Assembly (NCBI RefSeq): GCF_001194135.2 | Contig: NC_068982.1 | Coordinates: 139,073,939 to 139,137,938 of the forward strand | Source: Octopus bimaculoides | Taxonomy: Eukaryota | Length of the DNA stretch: 64,000 bases | Direction: 5' to 3' | In this document: piece by piece, positions 12,071 to 25,099 of the stretch | Position numbering within the stretch: the stretch's first letter is position 1 | Layout: every line of letters begins with the position of its first letter | Position numbers and translations under genes: made by a program | The notes under the pieces: generated by a model | Told to the model about the DNA's origin: nothing | The model's input: the letters and a program-made list of their open reading frames with translations, nothing else | Databases searched by the model: none

Positions 12071-13429
12071 TAATAATAATAATAATATCGGTGGTGATGT
12101 TCGATTGCAGAATCGGTTGAATATTTAACCTTTCGTATGTAATTACGTTATTTTAGGCTATGACCTCTTACGACCCTCATGACCCCTATTAAGCCTATGA
12201 CTCATTTTCAACTTTCAACTTTTTCTCTATTTGCTTTTTACTTTAAAATCAGGCCTCTCTCTATTAAATCTCTCGCTAAATACATCACTCTAAATTAATT
12301 TTACTTCTTCCTAAGTATGTCAAGTAGTATGTTTCAAACTGAACTCATTGTAATCCGTCGTTAATTTATTCCATCTTTCCCTAAATTAATTATATCAGTC
12401 CTTCCCCAGCATATTATTCATATCCCAGCATCCCAGATACTCCTGTCTTCTTGCCTCTGCCAGAAATTTCTATAACGTCTTGTTTTATTTACAACAGCTA
12501 TGATTTTTATTACTATGCTAGATCGAAAACTATAGAAGTACATAGCATCGTTTACTGGTATTAGTCTTGAAGAATATGACAATGGCGACAACGATGACAA
12601 GGACGATGATGATAAGAAAGACTATGAAAGACGATGTGGACGATACGGGTAAGAACGATATAAATCTATACGCACTTTCATTTCATGAGCTGAGTGACGG
12701 GGAGTTAGGATAACATGAATAAATAACAGAAACTTTATTTAGACGAGAAAACTTCATATAAACTATTCACAAATCTACATATGCTGATACACTACTTTAT
12801 ATTATTCAAACAGTTTGTTTACCCTTCATTTATCTTCTTGTAAATCGCTTCGCACCAGAGAATAATAAAAAAAAAACATTGCTAAAACATTAACGTTTGC
12901 TGAAATATGTGTGTTATATGTATAATTTATTACAAAATATAGCCATATACATCACGGTTAGTCATGAATATTTGTTTGATTTCAAGATCAGCTATATGAT
13001 TTCTCCACTCGACATGCCGGAGCTTCGTCTTCGTCGACATAAATACTTTTTCAATAGATTTATAACTTCAATTTTCAATTCAGTTTCTTTTTTACTATCC
13101 TCTTTGATTATTTCTGTTTATTAATCGGCTGAAACATGGCTAGGGAACAGACAGGCGATATCAAGGTGTGATCGTAACAATAGTATGGTGCAGCGAGCAT
13201 ACATTGGTATTTAATTTGGAGTTCGTTTACGGCATATTCTGTGGCATCAACTCTTGGTATTTGCAAGTAAGGTCTTTAGAAAATATAGAGGAATACTCTT
13301 AGAAATAGGCTGAGATGAATCGCTAGTAAATAACGAGTGGGCATGTTTAGAGATAGAAAGAAAGGGATGCACAGTGAAAGAGAGAAAGAGAGAGAGCTAA
13401 ATATGGAGGCTTTGATTGTTTTACAGAGT

Positions 13430-13555
13430 CATGTGACCTGGTGATAGTGGTTAAAGTGTTGGCCTCCCTTTCATAAGATTTGATTCATGAACTTGCTGGT
13501 GCTTTGTGTCTTTGAGGAAGTTACTTCCTTTTACGTTGCTCCAATCTAGCCGAGT
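13430..13555 (+). mobile_element. Degenerate tRNA-derived SINE fragment
   Basis: A-box-like ggtgatagtggttaaagtgttgg, then gtgtctttgagg...ttacgttgctcc. Confidence 0.45.
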
Positions 13556-13686
13556 ATTCACGCTGCCCTTCCCCCTCCAACTGTCACAACATCGATTTTA
13601 TTCTTTAGAACTGAAAGTATTTTGAATCGTTGAGCAAGGCACTTCAGTTCATGGTGCTCCAGTGGTCTTCTCTTTCCAGCTGTTAC

Positions 13687-13761
13687 ATCCCCAATTTTCT
13701 GCTGGCTCAAGTGTAGAAGGGCCAGGAGTCTGTCTATGCCTTCTTGAGACTGTATCAATAC
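13687..13761 (-). CDS. Candidate coding exon 3 of an unidentified minus-strand gene (VLIQSQEGIDRLLALLHLSQQKIGD)
   Basis: Acceptor ttggttgtag, phase 0 start matching the 19782 exon, donor GAT|gtaaca. The frame stays open to a stop at 13558, so it could instead be a terminal exon. Sequence beyond 13687 overlaps a SINE-like remnant. Confidence 0.45.
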
Positions 13762-13887
13762 CTACAACCAATTAGTGAAAGCATGGCATTGCTTAACAGA
13801 TCATACACGACAGCTACGCATGTCCTGCTCGCTGAATGGAAATGAAAAATAATCAGCTAAATATTCAAAGTGTGTATATTTGTAAGA

Positions 13888-13890
<3 letters not shown>

Positions 13891-13944
<54 letters not shown>
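13891..13944. repeat. (GA)n microsatellite before a gap
   Basis: Direct read. Confidence 0.95.
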
Positions 13945-14128
13945 NNNNNNNNNNNNNNNNNNNNNNNNNNNNNNNNNNNNNNNNNNNNNNNNNNNNNNNN
14001 NNNNNNNNNNNNNNNNNNNNNNNNNNNNNNNNNNNNNNNNNNNNNNNNNNNNNNNNNNNNNNNNNNNNNNNNNNNNNNNNNNNNNNNNNNNNNNNNNNNN
14101 NNNNNNNNNNNNNNNNNNNNNNNNNNNN

Positions 14129-14190
<62 letters not shown>

Positions 14191-14472
14191 ATATGTACTA
14201 TCTCCTAATCATAATTATCATTATTACTTTAGCATGGTTGTTTTCTATGTAGAGTTATATTAAAAAAATTCAGGTATTAAATTCCGTTCTTGGATTTGGT
14301 TTGCAAGATTCTTTATGTGGGTTCGTGTGTTGAAGCATATTTTGTTGTGCCTAGCGAGAATCATTCTCTTTTAGTACCTTATTATTTAACACGGTCACCG
14401 GTTCAGTTTCCACTCATTTAATTATTTATTTTTTTATAAAATTTTCTTTGTGATTTGTAACCTTTTCAATAC

Positions 14473-14531
14473 TCGTTGACTCTGTCCATTGTCGGATAAC
14501 GGACTGCTCCGATAACGGGCAGAGTCAACTA
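14473..14531. mobile_element. 59-bp TA-flanked hairpin, mini-MITE (Tigger/pogo-like ends)
   Basis: gttgactctgtccattgtcgga / tccgataacgggcagagtcaac pair over 22 bp with wobbles; TA on both sides. Confidence 0.5.
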
Positions 14532-15489
14532 CTATTGAAAATGTTGCAAGGTGCAATAAAAAGTTTAAGAAAAATAAGTAAGTAAATGAGTCGAAATTGA
14601 ACCGGTGAGTGTGTTAAATAATAAGGCACTGAAAGAGAATGATTCTGCCCAGACACACCAAAATATTGAATTGAAAGATGGATAAACTGAATTGTGAATT
14701 TTAAAAATAAATTTATAATGCTACAAGGCAAATGCTGGTCTGGTAGTTACTTCGAAATTTCCTCTCAGAAGTCTTCGTAAAACAGTGTGATGAAATTTCG
14801 AAGTAATTTTCTTGTCAATGAAACACGAATATAATATTCTACTATCCTTCAATTTAATGTTTGGCGTCTTTTAAATATGAGTATACATACAAACAAACAT
14901 TAATATAATACTTAGCTATTCTACAGACCGAGAAAATAACTCGTACATTCTCATCAATTTTACTAACTTAATAAATTCATCATCCCACCAAACATTAATA
15001 TCTAACGTTTTTCGACTCAAACCTACCCCTACACAATAACCCTTAACTCGTCACACTTATTGTCTACTTTATTTAGTTTACGTACAAACAATAAATTGAA
15101 AACAATGTCTTACTTAACACATTTCAACGAAATACTAATTAATTTATCATTATTTTCTAAAAATATCTATTTTTATATTAAATTTCAGCTCTCTTCTAGA
15201 TTTAATAATACATTTTAAATATATTGTTAATTATCTAAACTTGACTTAACTCAATCATGTTCTCATACATATCGCCCGTATCCATACACACACAAATGAA
15301 ACCTGGCTTTTACCCTCCTGTTTTTCTTATGCTCTTTCTTTCACTATTTATCAAGTTGCCAAGTCCAAAATTAGAAATACGTATTAGCTACGCATCTTTA
15401 ACCTCAAACATTTACTGCATTCCCATTTTCAGTTTCATTATGTTTTTTAACATTATATACCTATTCTCTCATGACAGATTGAAAACACT

Positions 15490-15800
15490 AACTACATCTA
15501 AAATTTTATATCAGTCGTGACCTCACCTTGATTGATGCTTTCAGTTCGTTTCGGCTGTGTCCGGCCCAGGCACCTTCGGGTGTGTTGGTATTCATCGTAG
15601 TGCTTTACCTGGAATATTTTAAATGTGTGATATTCTGTTTTTACTGTAACGACTTATTCAGAAAAAAATCTAATTGCGTAGAATTAGGTTTTATTTTATA
15701 TATTTTTATCTTCCCACCTGTTTTTTTTAATCCTTTATTTCAATCATCCGTCGAATCACGGCATTTAACTTTTCGAAGTTTTCCTTTTTTTCGTTTGTTT
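15490..15800 (-). mobile_element. Possible highly degenerate Penelope-like 3' fragment
   Basis: Minus strand cccgaaggtgcctg...cagccgaaacg resembles a decayed pLTR hammerhead signature. The flanks are AT-rich. Confidence 0.3.
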
Positions 15801-15829
15801 AATTAGCTGGGAAATCCTTACTGCACCAA

Positions 15830-16483
15830 ACAAATTGCTTAGCGGCATCTCTTCCGCTGAGAAATGGGTTCTCCATAAAACTGACAGGCGCCGAAAACAG
15901 TGGGTAGGGAAAGGAGAAACATCTGCACCCTAAGCTAAAAAGGTTTTCACCCACGTAAGATGTTATTATGTGTTTGGCGGGATATAAAAGGTTTAGTCCA
16001 CTTTGAACTTTTACACCCAAACCAAACGATAACATAGCAGGTCTATTGCCAGCAGCCTGAACGGCTTAAGTCAGTGCCAGAAGAAAAACAACCAGCTTTG
16101 GTTTCAAGATGAAAGGTAACACTCGGCCACATACAGCGAGGATATACATTCCAGAAGCTGGAGAAGTTTGATGGGATTCCGATGCCCCACCCACCATATT
16201 TGCCGGACATTGCCCCATCTGATTATCATTTATCCTGCAGTCTTCAAAATAATTTGGACGGAAAAATATGAATTCTGTTCACGAGGTGAGAATAGTACTG
16301 GAGGATTATTTTTCGTCACGGACATGTGAATTTTGGAATAAGGGCCTTGCAAGTCTTCCAGATAGATGGAAGAGTATTGTAGAAAATAAAGGAGAGTATA
16401 TTTTTGATTGAAAAAGAACTTTCATTATCTTAATTTTGAAAATAAAAGTATTAAAAAACAAACCGCATTGTGGGATGACCCAA
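15830..16483 (+). mobile_element. Mariner transposase catalytic-domain fragment with 3' TIR
   Basis: SSAEKWVLHKTDRRRKQWV, HPRKMLLCVWRDIKG, NTRPH, HPPYLPDIAPSDYHL, LPDRWKSIVENKGEYIFD*. Ends ...gatgacccaa then TA. Confidence 0.9.
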
Positions 16484-17199
16484 TATACAGTAAAAATTGT
16501 TGTATGTTCCATTTTGTAGGAGACGATGTATTTTTCCCTGTCGAAATTTTGCATAGAGACATGCATCTGGAAATAGATAATCTCTAGTTAATGGACATTT
16601 TTCATACTTCTTATAATCTTGGAGATGCGGGGTGATTGCAGCCAGCTTTAAATATAAAGTGGTTTTCCCAATCTATTCTTGTATAACATTTACACAGTTA
16701 TTAAATTAATAAATCAAATATTAATTTTTAGTGACCTATGCATTCCTGTTCTTTATGTTGATAGCGTGTTATTAGTTAATAGAAATACATTGTTGAACGA
16801 AAATACAAACAATGAAGAATGAATGCTTCGGTTTGAATATATACATTTGAAAACATTCTAGTGACAAAAATAATGTTAGGATAGACCAGTTACTTATGGA
16901 CTGGACATATTTTGTGCGTCTTTAATGGATGTGATTGAAGGAAGGAGGTTGTGACCGTATAAGACACATTTATGAGATAAAAGTTTAATTTGTTGTATTG
17001 ATAAATTTCATACATCTTTAGTTGCCAGACCGCTAGATTAGGAAGCTTGAAAATCGTTTGTAAGATGCACCACCAAGCATAATACCTTTTACGAAATAAA
17101 TTCTATACTCCAACAACCGGCACAAAAGCTTTCTCTTATTTTCAATTGAATGCCAGAGCCAGTCTGACTAAACGAGATATTAGAATTCTGATAGTTGTT

Positions 17200-17516
17200 A
17201 ACTATTTTGAGTTATGAAAGTCCCGGATTAATGTATGGCTGCTATTTGTCCATTCTCGACTGGACAACAAAATATAGAGGCAGGTCAAAATCTTTGGAAT
17301 TCAGCGCAAAGATCTCAGAGAAAAGGGAACGGTCTTTCTTAATAAAATTATACAAAACAAAAGCTTGTTTTTATGAGCGGGCGATTGAAATACCTCTGCT
17401 GAATATCGCGTGAATTCAGAACATCTGTGAAGGCCGTTTACCGAGATAAAAACTAATGGATACAGATAAAAGATGTAAACATTAAAGATGTTTGACTTGG
17501 AGACCTAAAGCAAGTA

Positions 17517-17593
<77 letters not shown>

Positions 17594-17830
17594 ACTCTCT
17601 CGTCGAAAACGACGTATGAGCGTTCCGCTTTTTACCTAATGACCTGCACAAATGACTTGTTTTATAGGGATCAAATTTTCGAGATGCTCATTAGCTTACT
17701 CCATCTATCGAAGATAAAAGAGAAAATTTGTGAATGTCTGAAAAGTGTCGAACAACAAAAAGATGGACGGATTATTTGGAAGTAGCATGAAATGTACGTG
17801 GATCGGATTATTTTCAGCATGTGAATGATC
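17200..17830 (+). mobile_element. Possible very degenerate CR1-like RT fragment split by (TA)n
   Basis: Weak resemblance only: NDLHK..., CLKSVEQ...; many stops. Confidence 0.3.
17519..17588. repeat. (TA)n microsatellite
   Basis: Direct read. Confidence 0.95.
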
Positions 17831-18433
17831 ATTGAAATGAACTTATCGTTCATATACCGTGAAAAATTACAAGCCTGTTGATATATTCAAATTTCCATTT
17901 GTTATTTTTTCGATTTGTTTGGACTGCGGCCCCGCCGAGGCACTGCTTTGAAGGATTTTCGTCGAACAAATTATCTTTGTACTTATTTGTACTAATACTG
18001 GTTGTCAAGACGTGGCATTGTAGGTGAGGGCAAATACACACACAAAGAGAAATCTTTAATCTCTTCGGAGTTAATAATAGACATTAAAATGCTTTTGTTG
18101 GTGTGACTGCAACTCGAAAATCCAAACATCTCATGAAGTGTGGAGCTACACGTCAGTAACATACACCTTGACCCGTTCTGGCCCGGGGTGGTAAGATATA
18201 ACAAGGTTTTATCAATCGAGCCAGAATATTTGTTATTTCACCAATTCCAGGGCGCAGTGGATAAGGCGTACAAATATATGAGGACGGCTGGCTGATGGAC
18301 ATAAATATACAGAACCATCAGAATATGGACACTTACTTATCTCACGTGAGTGAATCACCTTACTTAGGATGTAAACAGGGCGTATGGTTTGGGTGAACTT
18401 AAGGGAGACGAAGAGGGTAATTTGCAGAGTCTA

Positions 18434-18679
18434 CAATGGTTCTCAACCTGAGTGCATATGACCTATAGGGAGCACGTCAGCTTTTGTTGTCAAAATTTAC
18501 GTGCAATACATTCGTTATACTTCAACAATATACAACATATATTAACAATTTTTTATGCAATGCCTAATAATATATATTTATAAACATACAATAGGATTTT
18601 TTATATACGTCGAACAGCTACGGAGGTCTAATAGAGTAAAATAGGACGGTATTTAAAAAAATGTAGTTGAGAACAACAT
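18434..18679. mobile_element. hAT-like MITE
   Basis: Left end caatggttctcaacc and right end agttgagaacaac match CAGTGGTTCTCAACC-type hAT TIRs. No TSD resolved. Confidence 0.6.
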
Positions 18680-18791
18680 CTTTAGAGAAAACTGCAGAAA
18701 GCATGAGAACGTAGTACTGTGGCTTTGCCAAAACAAATCAGGAACGTTCATACATGACAGTCGAAGGTCGCCGAGAGCTGTAGACCTGTTA

Positions 18792-18893
<102 letters not shown>

Positions 18894-19515
18894 ATGATGG
18901 AGAGGAGGAGAGAAACAGAGAGAGAAGGAGGGAGAAGGGAAGAGAGTTGGAGAAAGAGAAAGATAGAAAAAGAAAGGCAGAGATTGATAGAGAGATTATG
19001 AATCAAGGTGTATGGTCATTATTTTGACTATACCCTGCTCGAAGCATTTTTTTGTCTTGAGCCGATGTTACAATTCAATAATCATGGCAAATGCAAAGTT
19101 AACGTAATTACATAACACATAAACGAAAGAAAATGATTATCCAGAAGGAATAGAAACTTGTTCTACAGTTAAGAATCTATGGCAAAATGGTGGCTGTCGA
19201 CAGGTGAAGATTACTATGCAGTACAAACACGCACTCACACACGCATACGCACATACACATGCATACACTCATACATACACGTGTGTGTGTGTACATATTC
19301 AAAAGTATACTGCGATGTGTATTTATTAATATATACATACACACACACGCACACACACACAAACATACACACACACACACACATGTATATATATATATAT
19401 ATATACACACACATATGCATATATATGTATACACTCACGCACACAGACACCCGCATATACATTCATACGTATATGCATACATACATACTTACAGACACAC
19501 AAACATCTCTCTCTT

Positions 19516-19554
<39 letters not shown>

Positions 19555-19583
19555 NNNNNNNNNNNNNNNNNNNNNNNNNNNNN

Positions 19584-19643
<60 letters not shown>

Positions 19644-19781
19644 CAATATATACAATGTATATATGAACAATATCTTAATCGCTGTTGCTGACAAAATGAT
19701 TGACGAATTTTAGCAAGAGATAAGACATTTGGAAGAAGCTTAAGAATTGCAGACAATATAAACGACTAAACGACTGGTTAC

Positions 19782-19882
19782 GTTGTTGAAGACATCGTCT
19801 GTTGATCTGTTAACACGATAATTACTGTTGACAGTTCCATATTGCCAGTTGAACACAGTCGACAGATAAAACTGAAATACAC
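19782..19882 (-). CDS. Candidate coding exon 2 of an unidentified minus-strand gene ((G)VFQFYLSTVFNWQYGTVNSNYRVNRSTDDVFNN)
   Basis: Acceptor gtttatgtattccag, donor AAC|gtaacc, 101 nt, phase 1 to 0. Complex non-repetitive peptide in unique sequence, with a potential N-R-S glycosylation sequon. Confidence 0.65.
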
Positions 19883-20505
19883 CTGGAATACATAAACATT
19901 CATATATCAATAATATTTATAGAAATAACAAGTTTTCGGTTGTGTAGACTTAAAAAATATGCATCCGTTTAAAAGATGTAAACAATAACAGAGTTATTTA
20001 TAGCAAACTACTGTCTTCTATAGCTTTTACTCTGAAGCATAAAAGTTAATCTGAAGTTAATTGTCACATGACCTAGAAGTTCGCAGTATCAATCCTTGTA
20101 ATCTCTTATGGATTAGGTGAATTTTAAGAATGTTGGGTCGGACCTAATGTCTTGTAGTATTCAAAACGGCTTTTTGCCTTCTAATTACTAAGCCACGCCA
20201 CGGTTTACGTCGATATTTAAATCAAGCCATCACTAGATTTAACATCACCACCTACTATTTTGGGTGTCCATTGCAGAGTTGATTTGTTGTTCCATATTAG
20301 TGTTGAGAGACAAAAGCTATCGTGAAAAGCAATCTTTTCTTTTTTGGACACTGTTTCTACGGTCAAATTATCTTATGATTCTATTTTTCTCTGTTATGCC
20401 GATATTTCATTACTGTTTGTATCAGGTTGCATAAAAACATAGTGACAATCAGTGATTAGCTCTCTCTCTTGTTTCCTCGATTTGACTTTTCAACATTTAA
20501 CTAAC

Positions 20506-20720
20506 ATGGCGGCGAGCACACAGGGCAAAATTCTTACCGGTATTTCGTCTGCCGTTACGTTTTGAGATCAAATTCCACCGAGGTCGACTTTGCATTTCAT
20601 CCTTTTTGGGTCGATTAAATAAGTACCAGTTACGCACTGGGGTCGATTTAATCGACTTAATACCTTTGTCTGTCCGTGTTTGTCCCCTCTGTGTTTAGCC
20701 CCCTGTGGGCAATAAAGTAA
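20506..20720 (+). mobile_element. tRNA-derived SINE family A
   Basis: Body ccaccgaggtcgactttgcatttcatcc and tail gtgggcaataaag. Confidence 0.9.
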
Positions 20721-20744
20721 TAAACATTTAACTAACATTTCAAT

Positions 20745-21068
20745 TCAGAGATATTCAAAATCAAAAAAGCTCGACAGATGGGTTCTAAACGATTTGAATG
20801 AAAATCAGAAAATGCGCAGATTTGAAATTTCCTCGTCGCTTCTTCTTCGTGACCAGACCGATCCATTTCTTGACTGTATTGTAACTTGCGCTGAAAAGTG
20901 GAATGTGTACAATAATAAAAAGACGTTCTTCGTTGTGGTTGGTCCAAAATAAAGCACCTTAATAAATAAACCTTCCTTAAACCCGAGCTCTTCAAAAAGG
21001 TTATAGTGACTGTTTGGTGTTGTACTGCTGGACGCATCCATCATAGCTTCTTAAAACACGGAAAAACC
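20745..21068 (+). mobile_element. Mariner transposase fragment
   Basis: KKLDRWVLNDLNENQKMRRFEISSSLL (WVPHEL-like), FLDCIVTCAEKWNVYNNKRR (TxDEKW-like), KKVIVTVWCCTAGRIHHSFL. Confidence 0.85.
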
Positions 21069-21716
21069 AATGCCAGTGGGATTGATATATTTCAAGCATT
21101 CCTCAAGATGCTGCCTTTCATCGGAGCGAGGAAAAGTTGATACTGTTCATGGGATTGGTGAGAAGGAAATAAGAAGCTGAAGAATAATCTCGAGGAATAT
21201 TCGTTGTTGCTTAAAGTGCTGTAAGTATAGGGGGAAATTTGTGATTGAAATGTAATGTAGGCGGCAGTGAAGAGGGTGGGGTGGTTGAACGTAATAATAG
21301 CTGAAGCTAATGTGAAGCGCCATCAAGTGGAATAAATACATTTCCAGCAGGGATTTAAGAAGGGAAGTAAGTTTTGAGAAGGAAAACTTTAAAATAAAGC
21401 AACACAAACATACAAAACAAAAAGAAACAAAAAACGAAATGAAAACATTAAAAGATCATAGATACAAGCGGAAGTTTGAAATGTAATTACAACTGACCAT
21501 ACAGGGATGCAGGAAGTAACTTACAACCACACAAACAGACAGACATTAATACGAAAGGGATAAGATTCGTACAAAGAGACAAAAACAATTGCGCAATTAT
21601 TTATAAACAAACATTTGGTACAGAATTGAGTTCGCATACACATATATGTACCAATATACATAACTTGAGGATATATACATATGTATGTATATATGAAAGT
21701 TTGTGTACGTTATCCA

Positions 21717-21770
<54 letters not shown>

Positions 21771-21874
21771 CTCTTTCTCTCGCTCTTTTTCTTTCGCTCT
21801 GTGTCTGTATACACACACACATCTATATGTATATATATATATATATGTATANNNNNNNNNNNNNNNNNNNNNNN

Positions 21875-21909
<35 letters not shown>

Positions 21910-22944
21910 CACACACAAGCACGCACGCACACACACACACACACGCACACACATATATATACATGCGCATATATGTATATATATATGCACACAGGCATAA
22001 CACACACACGCACACATACACACACATATATATATATATATATACACACATATATTTATATATACACACACGCATAATGATAAACGAACAAACTATTAAC
22101 CTTTAATTGTGAAATGAAGTGAATACATACAGAGTTAGTCGTCCTACAACGCTTATAATTTTATGTCATAACCCCTGTAGTCTAAGCTATTTATTTCTTT
22201 ACAGTTGGATATTTCCCTGTAATGTATCGTACTCAGGGGAATAATTATCACACGCTTACATGTTTACAAATTACTACTAAAACCAGTCTAGCAAAAATAT
22301 CCAAATTTCAAAAACATTTCTTATACATTCATATATANNNNNNNNNNNNNNNNNNNNNNNNNNNNNNNNNNNNNNNNNNNNNNNNNNNNNNNNNNNNNNN
22401 NNNNNNNNNNNNNNNNNNNNNNNNNNNNNNNNNNNNNNNNNNNNNNNNNNNNNNNNNNNNNNNNNNNNNNNNNNNNNNNNNNNNNNNNNNNNNNNNNNNN
22501 NNNNNNNNNNNNNNNNNNNNNNNNNNNNNNNNNNNNNNNNNNNNNNNNNNNNNNNNNNNNNNNNNNNNNNNNNNNNNNNNNNNNNNNNNNNNNNNNNNNN
22601 NNNNNNNNNNNNNNNNNNNNNNNNNNNNNNNNNNNNNNNNNNNNNNNNNNNNNNNNNNNNNNNNNNNNNNNNNNNNNNNNNNNNNNNNNNNNNNNNNNNN
22701 NNNNNNNNNNNNNNNNNNNNNNNNNNNNNNNNNNNNNNNNNNNNNNNNNNNNNNNNNNNNNNNNNNNNNNNNNNNNNNNNNNNNNNNNNNNNNNNNNNNN
22801 NNNNNNNNNNNNNNNNNNNNNNNNNNNNNNNNNNNNNNNNNNNNNNNNNNNNNNNNNNNNNNNNNNNNNNNNNNNNNNNNNNNNNNNNNNNNNNNNNNNN
22901 NNNNNNNNNNNNNNNNNNNNNNNNNNNNNNNNNNNNNNNNNNNN

Positions 22945-22975
<31 letters not shown>

Positions 22976-23029
22976 TATTTAGATAAACTTAGATATTTTT
23001 CGACAAAAGATTGGTCTAACTTAATAGCA

Positions 23030-23960
23030 CCACCTGATAGCATTATCTAAATCATTTTAAAGTAATATTTTCTGTTATGATGGTGCATTTATGTAGGGAG
23101 TTCTTGTTGAGTGAGTTGTATCCAGGTATGGGTGTCTTGTCTGGTATTCCTTGAAGAAATTTGTCCAGACTCCGTTTAATGGTAATGGGTTCCTTTTTCT
23201 CTTTGATCAGCTTTGGGACAATGTTAAACAGGCCAGGGTCCGTTCAGGGAAAGAAATTGTATCGCAGTGTACCTATATGTTGTGATCCTGAATTGGGCAG
23301 GGAACGTATGTCCCGTAATCCCAGCCTTGGATGAACCTTGAAGCTAATGTTCAGGTCGTTTGGGCAATGATGGCGATATATTCTCCACATCGTGCAAATG
23401 ATGTTCCGCTCGCGGCAGCGCTGGAGAGTGTAGAGTTTCAAGGCTTTAAGGCGGTCTCAGTAATCGAGATCAGTCGTGTCTTCAATCCAGTCTAGAAGTT
23501 TTCTACGAATTCCAACATTTGCCAATTTTGTGAGTAAGATATTACGGTAAACGTTGTCGAACGCTTTTCTGTAGTCAAACTATATGACATCTGATTTCGA
23601 ACCTGTTCCCAAGTATACCCTCAATGTAGTGTAAGAACTGTGTTAGAAAGTCCCTGCCACAGCGAAAGCCATACTGATTTGAATTTAGGGGTTTGTGGAT
23701 CTCTAGGAAGTCAACAATAATTGATCTTACCACTCTTTCAAACATTTTAATGATATGGGAGGTGAGTGAGATTGGGCGATATTTGACTGCGAGGGATCTG
23801 ATTCCCTGTTTGAAAACTGGGTTGACAGACTGGGATAGGAGCTGTTTCGGTATATAACCTGAGTCTAAAGAATTTCTCCAGAGGTTGGTCAGTACGGTGC
23901 CATGCGACTTAAGTTTCGCAGGCCTCTAACAAAAGCCATTTTTTTAATGCTTGAAAGAGA
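23030..23960 (-). mobile_element. CR1-like LINE RT and 3' fragments, internally deleted
   Basis: DVI*FDYRKAFDNV (YLDFxKAFD motif), DRLKALKLYTLQRCRER, and KRSLDKFLQGIPDKTPIPGYNSLNKNS-like C-terminus. Confidence 0.8.
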
Positions 23961-24454
23961 AGGGTTTCTATCCGATACCTGCGAAAGTTTAAGTCGCATG
24001 AAACCGTATCAAACTGTTTTAAATAATACGTATAACTTCTCTTAAATGTGTTGTAGGGTTTTTTTACGCTTGTCTATGCACGCGTATATATATATATATA
24101 TATATNNNNNNNNNNNNNNNNNNNNNNNNNNNNNNNNNNNNNNNNNNNNNNNNNNNNNNNNNNNNNNNNNNNNNNNNNNNNNNNNNNNNNNNNNNNNNNN
24201 NNNNNNNNNNNNNNNNNNNNNNNNNNNNNNNNNNNNNNNNNNNNNNNNNNNNNNNNNNNNNNNNNNNNNNNNNNNNNNNNNNNNNNNNNNNNNNNNNNNN
24301 NNNNNNNNNNNNNNNNNNNNNNNNNNNNNNNNNNNNNNNNNNNNNNNNNNNNNNNNNNNNNNNNNNNNNNNNNNNNNNNNNNNNNNNNNNNNNNNNNNNN
24401 NNNNNNNNNNNNNNNNNNNNNNNNNNNNNNNNNNNNNNNNNNNTATATATATAT

Positions 24455-24680
24455 GTTTGTGTGTATTTGTGTCTGTGTTTGTCCTCCCCCATAACCGCTT
24501 GACAACCAGTGTTGGTGTGTTTACGTCCCCGTAACATAGCGGTTCGACATAAAAATAAGTACCAGGCTTAAAACAAGAAAAACAATCAATGGGGTCGATT
24601 CATTCGACTGAAAAAATTCAAGGCGGTGCCCCAGCTTGGCCATATTCTAATGCCTGAAACAAGTAAAAGATAAAAGATAA
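24455..24680 (+). mobile_element. SINE family B, 3' half
   Basis: ttgacaaccagtgttggtgtgtttacgtccccgtaacatagcggttcg...ggggtcgattcattcgact...aacaagtaaaaga. Confidence 0.8.
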
Positions 24681-25099
24681 AATATGTATATACATATGTG
24701 TGTGTGTGTGTGTGTATTTATGTATGGAAGTCTGTGTGTATATATCAGTTGAAAATGTACTTCGAGTATGTACCTACTGTGATAGGTACAAGTGTTTTAT
24801 AACTATCTGGATTTAATTCAATCTGTAGCTTCGATTTTGTTAGAAAATATAAATCTCATTGATACATTCTGGAATATCTGCTTTTTATTCCAATAGCGGC
24901 ATTCAATATTTATACATATAAGTACACTTTTTATTAGTCCGCCAATATATATATTTCCCAATGCTGAAACAAAATTATTTTATCCTTTTGTCGCCTATAT
25001 TTTGAATTTTTAGTAATATAATTTGTACAACAATATATTTGCTACAGCAGAGAAAATTTTTGTTAGCGCATAGTGATAGTACTTGAATAAAGCAATACC

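Noticed and set aside
10575-12086. CRISPR-like repeat-spacer array
   Set aside because: The repeats are (TAA)n of variable length, and the spacers are recognisable LINE 3' ends in a eukaryotic context.
12970-13115. Minus-strand frame EIIKEDSKKETELKIEVINLLKKYLCRRRRSSGMSSGEII* as a terminal exon
   Set aside because: Only a purine-rich acceptor is available, and its phase does not match the upstream candidate exon.
20254-20316. Possible minus exon LLSLNTNMEQQINSAMDTQN
   Set aside because: Splice sites only moderate and no independent support; expected by chance.
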